From Octopus sinensis (taxonomy: Eukaryota), in assembly GCF_006345805.1 (NCBI RefSeq), contig NW_021832818.1, positions 1 to 32,279 of the forward strand: DNA of 32,279 bases. The letters run 5' to 3'. The translations under genes were made by a program, and so were the position numbers. Positions 23,979 to 32,279 of this stretch are shown here, piece after piece. Positions within the stretch are counted from its first letter, which is position 1. Each line of letters opens with the position of its first letter. Below the pieces are notes generated by a model that was not told the origin of the DNA, searched no databases, and was given only the letters and a program-made list of their open reading frames with translations.

Positions 23979-24026
23979 AAAATCTGTTACTCTGAGTTTC
24001 TCGTTGCCGTTCATCAGACAGTTTTT
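23979..24026 (-). ncRNA. Minimal type I hammerhead motif B (- strand mirror copy)
   Basis: Identical motif on the minus strand because the palindrome is perfect. Confidence 0.75.
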
Positions 24027-24032
24027 GCTAGA

Positions 24033-24080
24033 AAAAACTGTCTGATGAACGGCAACGAGAAACTCAGAGTAACAGATTTT
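24033..24080 (+). ncRNA. Minimal type I hammerhead motif B (+ strand)
   Basis: AAAAACUGU-CUGAUGA(24042-48)-A-CG(GCAA)CG-A-GAAA(24059-62)-CUC.A.GAG-UA-ACAGAUUUU; GUA site ends at 24071. Confidence 0.75.
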
Positions 24081-24384
24081 GTTGAATTTTCTGCTGCTTT
24101 AAATAAAGCATATTACTCTACCACTGGTATTTGAGTACTCTTTTTTCCACCTTGTTTCACATTTATGTGTTTACTCCGGTATATTTTATATATATATATA
24201 ATGGCAGCGGTGATGGACAGCGCTTATAGACATCAATGGTGGCGGTGATTAAGTTAAGTGGTGACGGTGACAATGAAGGTGAGAGCTGGCCTTTTATATG
24301 CAACTACCCTTCAGTTTTACATGTACTGATTTCATTTTCATATTCAGATTCAGCCATGCTGGTTGCTGTACCACGATTTCACAT

Positions 24385-24625
24385 ATGCTGGCTTCCATAA
24401 CCTAGTTTCATACATTCTGTCTTCCCATACATCAGTTCTATACGAGCTTCTATACCCCAGTTTTGTACATGCTGTCTTCTACCTCACAGCTCTATACGGG
24501 CTTCAATACATTAGATTCACGCATAGTGGCTCCCATACTTCAGTCTCACCCAAGCCGGTTTCAGTGCTTCACACATGTTGGCTTCCATACCTCATTTTCT
24601 CGCAATACTCCAGTTTCAACATGAA
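24385..24625. repeat. Degenerate minisatellite, period about 55 bp
   Basis: GCTTC(C/T/A)ATA starts at 24391, 24446 and 24500; sub-unit CCATAC.TCAGTT recurs. Confidence 0.65.
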
Positions 24626-25594
24626 AGTTTGCAGCCTTGTTGTTAAACCAGGATATACAATTGCAGTTTGTTTGCATCACTAATGCCCAATCTCACTCAT
24701 GCTGCGAGATTTAAGAGGCCTTACATAAGCACGCTTTCAAACAGATAAGGTTTGTTGACACTCCTGGCTGGTTGTTGATACATGCACATACATATAATTT
24801 CACTGACGTCAGAGAGGTCATTCCATGACAATTTATAGTCATACTTGTCCCGCATGACAATTATACATCGACTAAAAATCACAATCAAGGACAAGATTAG
24901 GAACACAAGGGCGTCCAAAAGTGGAGTGGCATCGTTGAAGATGGACAACGTTTTGTAAAAAAATCAAAAGTGGCCGAAAATACTCTCAAATTATTTATTG
25001 ATTGGATGCAAAATTTTCTAAATCCCTTATTTTCTTACATGTGTTCAAGAATTCATGGAATTCATACTTAGTATGTTGTTTAGCCACAGATCAGCCCAGA
25101 TCATGAAGGTTTATGATAAAAGAAATGAATCCAACTGTTACCATTCCATCATTTTTCAAATAGTGTACATCTGAAATGGAATGACCTCATATGCCACCAC
25201 GCCTTTCATACGGTAGGGTGTTTTAGGGAAAACTGGTTACTATTGTTAGCAGGTATAGTAACCGGTCAAAAATGTTAATGGTTGGTTTGATGACTCTGTA
25301 AGTTCACAAGGATCCGGCGCACCGAAGTTTGCGATTTGGTTTTGATTCCAAGTATGAACCGCTTTGCCTTTACGCTGATAATTCTTCTGAAAATCACATG
25401 CACATTGAACCATCTAATCTTGATGGTGTAAAGATTAAACTTTAAACAAGGTCTAGGGTTAGAAACTGCGTCTACAGGTTTACTGTAAGGAGTACGAATC
25501 CAAACCAGTAATAGAGGCTTTAGGTAGCCAGTGTATCTGCTAAAAGATGCAGTCAAATCCTTTATAAATTTCCTCCTGTAGTTTTCAATAAAGA

Positions 25595-25722
25595 AATAAC
25601 ACATGATCCAATGCTAGGAATATCATTAGGAGAACATATTCGGAATGAGATAATACGAGAACTAAGCACAGTGAACGATTTGATTGTAGAATATCGAAAG
25701 CACAAGTTCCGTTGGGCCGGAC
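25595..25722 (+). mobile_element. RTE-clade LINE ORF2 fragment (post-RT region)
   Basis: MLGISLGEHIRNEIIRELSTVNDLIVEYRKHKFRWAGR resembles MLGITLRDRIRNEEIR...KWRWAGH. Confidence 0.8.
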
Positions 25723-25727
25723 GCGAA

Positions 25728-26405
25728 TTTTTTTTCTTCCCACGAGAGTTCCGAACCCCAGCAATGAACTCATTTGCATACAGCCAATCAGAGCTCACCT
25801 TAAAAATCCGCATACTGTGGACTACTACAGTACAGCTCGTGATGCATAGGATAGTGTATGCCACTCTGTGAATATAGCATAGCAGTTCTCACATAAGTAC
25901 TACATCCCCCCCCACCCCACCATCTTCATAGATCAATTGAGCACTATCTATATATGGAGCTAACATTAGGTACCTATGCTCAGACTGACATTAGTAATAC
26001 TGCATGTATCCATTGATATATGCAAGGAGGGCGCAATACGACACAACGCCATATTGATTACGATGTTTCCAGATCAACACCAACATTTTAAATTAGGAAT
26101 ATACAAAATCAGTCAAAAAATTAGGAAACTTCACTCATTTACATTTTCTAGTAAATTAAGCAAATTGGCAACACTTCTGGCGTCATCGGTGAGCAGTTCT
26201 CCGTTCACTTTATACACCAAATTTCACATTTGTAAACCCTATTAACCCATTTAGAGTTGTTAGATTTTGCTATAAAACACATTTTCCACTGAACTCAACC
26301 AGAATATTTTCGTGACTAGGTGGACACTAGTTTGATAGTTGTGCTCTGACTGGCTGTATGCAAATGAATTCATAACTGGGGTCCGAAACTCTCGTAGGAA
26401 AAAAA
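25728..26405. repeat. Inverted pair of a repeat of about 68 bp (25728-25797 and 26341-26405)
   Basis: Shared ACGAGAGTT.CG.ACCCCAG...ATGAA.TCATTTGCATACAGCCA.TCAGAGC in opposite orientations. Confidence 0.75.
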
Positions 26406-26508
26406 TATCTCGGATCGAACATGCCACTTCCACATTCAATTGCTTTATCGCTTTTATAAACTTGTACGCAACGTGATGGATTGACAGAATAGCAGAATAG
26501 CTGAAATA

Positions 26509-26724
26509 ATGGTTCCAAATTTTGGCACAAGACGAGCAGTTTTGAGTGAGTGGGTTAAGTCGGTTGCATTGAGCCAGGTACTCATCTAATATTTATTTTA
26601 TCGATCCTGAAAGGATGAAAGACAAAGTATACCTCGGCTGAATTTGAACTCGGAACATAAAGACGAACGAAAAGCTGCTAAGCATTTTGTCCGGCGTGCT
26701 AAAGATTCTCCCAGTTCACCGCCT
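26509..26724 (-). mobile_element. SINE family B, diverged single unit, 16-bp TSD
   Basis: Head GAGGCGGTGAACTGGGAGAATC; TSD CAGAATAGCTG(A/T)AATA at 26493-26508 and 26725-26740. Confidence 0.8.
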
Positions 26725-26743
26725 CAGAATAGCTGTAATATCA

Positions 26744-27883
26744 AGGCGGTGAGCTGGCAGAAACGTTAGCAGGCCGGGCGAAATGCTTATCGGTATTTCG
26801 TCTGCCGTTACGTTCTGAGTTCAAATTCCGCCGAGGTCGACTTTGCCTTTCATCCTTTCGGGGTCGATAAATTAAGTACCAGTTATGCACTGGGTTGATA
26901 TAATCGACTTAGTCCGTTTGTCTGTCCTTGTTTGTCCTCTCTCTGGTTAGCCCCTTGTGGGTAGTAAAGAAATAGGTATTTCGTCTGCCGCTACGTTCTG
27001 AGTTCAAATTCCGCCGAGGTCGACTTTGCCTTTCATCCTTTCGGGGTCGATAAATTAAGTACCAGTTATGCACTGGGTTGATATAATCGACTTAGTCCGT
27101 TTGTCTGTCCTTGTTTGTCCTCTCTCTGGTTAGCCCCTTGTGGGTAGTAAAGAAATAGGTATTTCGTCTGCCGCTACGTTCTGAGTTCAAATTCCGCCGA
27201 GGTCGACTTTGCCTTTCATCCTTTCGGGGTTGATAAATTAATACCAGTTATGCACTGGGTTGATATAATCGACTTAGTCCGTTTGTCTGTCCTTGTTTGT
27301 CCTCTCTCTGGTTAGCCCCTGTGGGTAGTAAAGAAATAGGTATTTCGTCTGCCGTTACGTTCTGAGTTCAAATTCCGCCGAGTCGACTTTGCCTTTCATC
27401 CTTCGGGGCGATAAATTAAGTACCAGTTATGCACTGGGTTGATATAATCGACTTAGTCCGTTGTCTGTCCTTGTTTGTCCTCTCTCTGGTTAGCCCCTGG
27501 TGGGTAGTAAAGAAATGTATTTCGTCTGCCGTTACGTTCTGAGTTCAAATTCCGCCGAGGTCGACTTTGCCTTTCATCATCCTTTCGGGGTCGATAAATT
27601 AAGTACCAGTTATGCACTGGGTTGATATAATCGACTTAGTCCGTTTGTCTGTCCTTGTTTGTCCTCTCTCTGGTTAGCCCCTTGTGGGTAGTAAAGAAAT
27701 AGGTATTTCGTCTGCCGTTACGTTCTGAGTTCAAATTCCGCCGAGGTCGACTTTGCCTTTCATCCTTTCGGGGTCGATTAATAAGTTCCAGTTACGCACT
27801 GGGGTCGATGCAATCGACTTAATCCTTTTATCTATCCTTGTTTGTTCCCTCTATGTTTAGCCTCCTGTGGGCAATAAAGAAAT
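26744..27883 (+). mobile_element. SINE family B with six tandem units of about 183 bp, 17-bp TSD
   Basis: Units start near 26792, 26975, 27158, 27339, 27517 and 27702; TSD GAATAGCTG(T/A)AATATCA at 26727-26743 and 27884-27900. Confidence 0.92.
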
Positions 27884-27934
27884 GAATAGCTGAAATATCA
27901 GAGGGGGGAAAGAAAGATGGCTTTAAATATTAGC

Positions 27935-28110
27935 ATAAATGTGGCAAATTCAGTCGATTACATTGACCCCAGTGTATCAATGGTACGTATTTCATCGACC
28001 CGGAAAGGGTGAAAAGCAATGTCGATCATGCTGGAATTTGAACTCAGAATTTACAGACGGACGAAATGTCGCTAAGCATTTTGCCCAGCGTGCTAACGAT
28101 TCTGCCAAAC
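27935..28110 (-). mobile_element. SINE family B, diverged
   Basis: Reverse complement of head GGCAGAATCGTTAGCACGCTGGGCAAAATGC and of the central TTTCACCCTTTCCGGGTCGATG. Confidence 0.8.
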
Positions 28111-28267
28111 AAATACCGCGTGGTATTTAATTCGGTTACGACAAAGTTCAAACCTCACTAAAAGCCATCTTTGCCTTTTTATCGTTGGGACTCGTTGAAA
28201 TAAAGTACTAGTTAAGTACTGCTGTCAATGGTGCCAAATCATCTCTTACCTATTTTTTTACTACCTA

Positions 28268-28482
28268 CAATGGGCTAAACACAGAGAGGACAAACAAGGA
28301 CAGATAAACGGATTAAATCGATTATATCGATCCCAGTGCATAACTGATACTTAATTTATCGAACCCGAAAGGATGAAAGGCAAAGTCGACCTCGGCGGAA
28401 TTTGAACTCAGAACGTAGCGGCAGACGAAATACGGCTACGCATTTCGCCCGGCGTGCTAACGTTGCTGCCAGCTCGCCGTCT
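28268..28482 (-). mobile_element. SINE family B, single unit
   Basis: Reverse complement closely matches the head plus one unit of 26744-27883. Confidence 0.9.
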
Positions 28483-28859
28483 TCTTAACCAAACCTCTGT
28501 GCCTGCATTTAGAGACGTGTGTGTGCACGTGAGTGTTTGTGTGAGTGTGCGCGCGAGAGTATTTGCGTGCGAAAGCATGGTTGTGTGTGGGGGGGGGTCT
28601 ATCTCTGTGTGCATGTCTGTGAGTCTGAGATTGTGTGTGTGTGTTTGTGTGTAGGTGCAATATTGTTGGATTTTTGGCAACCATGAGGTCTTGTGTTCGA
28701 TTCCACTGAGTGCCATTTTGGACAAATGTCATTTTCTATAACCTCGAGTGGAGCCATACTTCGTAATTAAAACTGGGTCGATGAGAATTACTTAGAAGCT
28801 CCTTGATTGGGTTACAGCTATTATTTTAAAGAATTAATAATGAAATCTCTTCATACATA

Positions 28860-29032
28860 GCTTAGGCGCAGACATAGCTGCATGGTAAGAAGCTTGTTTT
28901 CCAACCACATGGTTCCAGGTTCTCTCCCACTGCATAACAGACTTAGGCACGTGTCTTCTACTAAAAATTCGGGCATAACAAAGCAATATGAGTGGATTTG
29001 GTAGACGGAAAGTAAAAGAAGCTAGTCGTATA

Positions 29033-29093
<61 letters not shown>

Positions 29094-29425
29094 GTGTGTG
29101 TGTGCGCGCGCGTGTGTGTGTGTGCGCATGTGTGTGTGTGTGTGCGCATGTGTGTGTGTGCGTGTGTGTGTGCGTGTATGTGTGTGTCTGTGTGTGTGGT
29201 TGTATGTGCGTGTGTGTTGTCTTTGTGTCTATGTCTGTCTTCCACCACCGCTTGACAACTGGTGTTGATGTGTTAATATCTCCGTAACCTAGCGGTACGG
29301 CAAAGGAGACCGATAGAATAAGTACCAGGCTTAAAAAGTAAACAAGTCCTGGGGTCGATTCATTCTACTTAAGTAAAATTCTTCAAGGCGCTGCTCCAGC
29401 ACGGCCACTATCAAATGATTGAAAC
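28860..29425 (+). mobile_element. SINE family A, diverged, with expanded internal (TG)n
   Basis: Head 28860-29030, (TG)n 29035-29230, tail 29235-29425. Confidence 0.8.
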
Positions 29426-29904
29426 GCGTAAAAAAACACGGTACACTGTGTATCATGTTGATTCTGCCTGAGTATTATGTTCAGGGTACATATGCCTGTG
29501 GAATACTCAGCCACTTGGACATTAAATCCAGAGCAAACTATTCATTTGATCGAATCACTGAATCCTCATCGTCGAACGACGGAGATCCACCACTACTCTA
29601 ATGCACTCAAGCCTACATATATGTGCGTGTGTATGTGTAGTTTTGTGAGCATTTGTGTGTTTGTGCATGTGTATGTGTGTGTATATGTGTCTGTGTATCA
29701 AATTACCATCTCGTGATTCCTTAGAAATCCGCTTCAAAGACAAAACCATTGGACATTAACCAACTTTTTCAACGCTTCGAAAACAACCCTACAAGCTCAT
29801 CTATTGGTCGTTAACCAACAACATCTCCACCAATCAAAGACGGTTCAAGCATACGTTTATTATTTGCCTTGTTATTATTATTATTATCATTCTAACTCGA
29901 TAAG

Positions 29905-30115
29905 GCGGATAACTGGCAGTATTGTTAGCATACCGGATAACAATGCTTAGCAGTATTTCATGTCCTTACGTTCTGAGTTCAAATTCCGTCATGGTTGACT
30001 TTACTTTTCATCCTTTCGGAGTCAATAAAATAAACACCAGTTGAACACTGGGGTCGATGTAATCGACTTATCCCCTCTCCAAAATGGCGGTCCTTGTGGC
30101 AAAATTTGAAATTAT
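29905..30115 (+). mobile_element. SINE family B, diverged, alternative tail
   Basis: AAGGCGGATAACTGGCAG...GTTCTGAGTTCAAATTCCG...TTTCATCCTTTCGGAGTC...AAATTTGAAATTATTA. Confidence 0.8.
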
Positions 30116-30385
30116 TATCATTCTCTCTCTAACCCTTTCTTCCCTACTTCGTTCTTTAAATTATTTCCTTCGATCCTTTTTTTTTCTTGGTGTTTTTATT
30201 CCTTTTCGTTGAATTTTCGCAAATTTTCTGCTAAACATCCTTCAGGTTTTTTTTTTTTATTTCTTTTCGTTTGCATCCTTCGTGTTCATTCTCTCTCGAT
30301 TATTTTCCATCTTTCTTGTTTGCGTGTATAATATGTGTGTGTGTGTGTGTGTTGTGTGTGTGTATGTGTATGTGTGTGTGTATCG

Positions 30386-30544
30386 CAGGAGTGACTGTGT
30401 GGTAAGTAGCTAACTTACCAACCACGTGGTTCCGGGCTCAGTCCCACTGCGTGGCACCTTGGGCAAGTGTCTTCCACTTCAGCCTCGGGCCGACCAAATC
30501 CTTGTGAGTGGATATGATAGACAGAAACTGAAAGAAGCTCGTCG

Positions 30545-30633
<89 letters not shown>

Positions 30634-30860
30634 CGTGTATGTATCTATGTGTATATGTTTGTGTCTATGTGTTTGTTGTCCCCCCCATCATCGCTTGACT
30701 ACTGATATGTTTACTTCCTTGTAACTTAGCGATTCGGCAAAAGAAGCCGATAGAAAAAATACTAGGCTTACAAAGAATGAGTCCTGGGGTCGATTTGTTC
30801 AACTAAAGGCGATGCACCTGCATGGCCGCAGTCAAATGACTGAAACAAATTATAGGGTAA
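30386..30860 (+). mobile_element. SINE family A
   Basis: CAGGAGTGACTGTGTGGTAAG head, (TA)n(TG)n middle, CATGGCCGCAGTCAAATGACTGAAAC tail. Confidence 0.88.
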
Positions 30861-30888
30861 AAGAAATACATATACATATATATATATT

Positions 30889-30932
<44 letters not shown>

Positions 30933-30984
30933 ATGTATGTATGTATGTATGTATGTATGTCAATCCCTTCGAAAGCAGGTCTAA

Positions 30985-31600
30985 ACGAATTTTTTAGACG
31001 TTACCCTGAACTTGGAAAATGGCCCATTCTATCCTGATTAAAAGGATAATAAGACTATCCAGTATATCAACGTATCATCTAACCACCCAAAAAGTGTTAT
31101 TAACAGTATAATTAAAGGGTATCAATTAGGATTTCTAATCTATCTGCCAACGAGCAAATTTTTAATAATTACTCTCACGCGTATAACCTGGCCCTTAAGA
31201 ATAGTGGCTTTAACAGGAAAATAACATACATAAAAAATACTATATTTAGAATTAAGCTGACTAGAATGATCCCAAATGTAGTAATCTAAATGTAGATTAT
31301 CCCATCTGATATTGACCCTCTTGTACTAGGACAACAATGTAGATATAATATGAAAAAAAGAATTTAAATTATAATAATGGGCGGGGTGGGGGAATATTAA
31401 TGTAAATAGGAAATTCCATAAAAAAGCAGCAGGGAACGGATATTATTTGATTCACCCCCACCCCCGATTTACTACCAGTTTAAAGTCGTCGTTGTTTATA
31501 TATTTAATCTTTGGCGTCCCTGTTGATGAAGACTTCGCCTGGTAAATTATTTTATTTAGTAAAAATTTCTAAAATCTTTATTACCCTGATATTATTAATT
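30985..31600 (+). mobile_element. Decayed Penelope-like RT C-terminus and linker
   Basis: NFLDVTLNLENGPFYPD*KDNKTIQYINVSSNHPKSVINSIIKG, frameshift, SIRISNLSANEQIFNNYSHAYNLALKNSGFN, later DII*FTP (IIWFNPP-like); these match PLE RT and linker motifs. Confidence 0.8.
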
Positions 31601-32094
31601 ATGTATAATGATTTCGGGTAGATTCGTTCGAAGAATTTGCCGGCTTCTTTTTGCTGCCGACAAAAAATGGTACGTTGGTGCTGATCCTCGTAGATGATCT
31701 GGTTCAATCGATAGAAACATGGAGAGTCTGTGAGGATGATTTTCCCCTCAGTTCAGAGAGGAGAGTATTTCTGTGCAATTCTTTCAGTAATAGCGCATTC
31801 TCCGTACCCAGCACAAATGACTTGAGAGTCTACGACAGCGTTGGAAATTTCACTGAAAGCGAAGACAGGCAGGTGTGGAAAATACTCATTTCTTTTTCTT
31901 GAATACCGTCGTCATATGTCTGAAAATAGGTAAAATGTATTCAAATCTAAAAAACTATAAAAAGAAAAAAGTAATAGAGAAAGAACAAAGCTACAAAAAA
32001 TTTTTTAAAAACCCTCTTACACTCGGATAGAATTAGTTTTCGATATGATTCAAATAACATGGGAAAGAAACGGACGACTTAAGCTGATTTTCCA

Positions 32095-32160
32095 ATACAT
32101 ACATACATACATACATGCATACATACGTACATACATACATACATACATACATGCATGCAT

Positions 32161-32191
<31 letters not shown>

Positions 32192-32279
32192 TACATATAT
32201 ACATACATACATGCATGCATGCATACATACATACATACATGCATACATACATACATACATACATACATACATACATACA
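32095..32279. repeat. (TACA)n microsatellite
   Basis: Direct reading. Confidence 0.95.

Larger units (their letters stand above)
23951..24185 (+). mobile_element. Hammerhead-bearing PLE-type terminal repeat with a perfect 76-bp inverted arm
   Basis: 23951-24026 is the exact reverse complement of 24033-24108; tail continues to (TA)n at about 24185. Confidence 0.8.

Noticed and set aside
30981-30999. Sixth copy of the TAACCGAATT motif
   Set aside because: It is the codons for NFLD in the PLE RT fragment.
31560-31915. Selenoprotein, from an in-frame TGA in a long minus-strand frame
   Set aside because: No redox-motif context, no SECIS I can see, and the acceptor phase meets another TGA at once.

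Overview
Repeat-saturated, AT-rich eukaryotic DNA. The microsatellite style and SINE set match what I recall of Octopus (coleoid cephalopod) genomes; that is recognition, not a database result. I found no host protein-coding exon I can support: nearly all ORFs in the track are microsatellite translations or decayed transposon fragments. The window holds about 20 tRNA-derived SINE copies in several head/tail combinations, Tc1 and mariner remnants, RTE, R4/Dong-like, Ty3/gypsy and Penelope-like (PLE) fragments, a short non-autonomous Helitron and MITE-like inverted repeats. The most interesting signal is a set of minimal type I hammerhead ribozyme motifs, each with a self-complementary stem III. 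Four lie within 21.96-24.11 kb, two of them as the arms of a perfect 76-bp palindrome. A core-variant copy lies in the terminal repeat of a PLE at 14.1 kb, and 3' halves lie at 2.7 and 3.85 kb. Other notable structures are a fold-back inverted duplication inside a SINE (7811-8424), TSD-bounded SINE multimers of 3 and 6 units, and a triplicated target site shared by two head-to-head SINEs. Ribozyme activity and all family names need testing. Boundaries of decayed elements are approximate.
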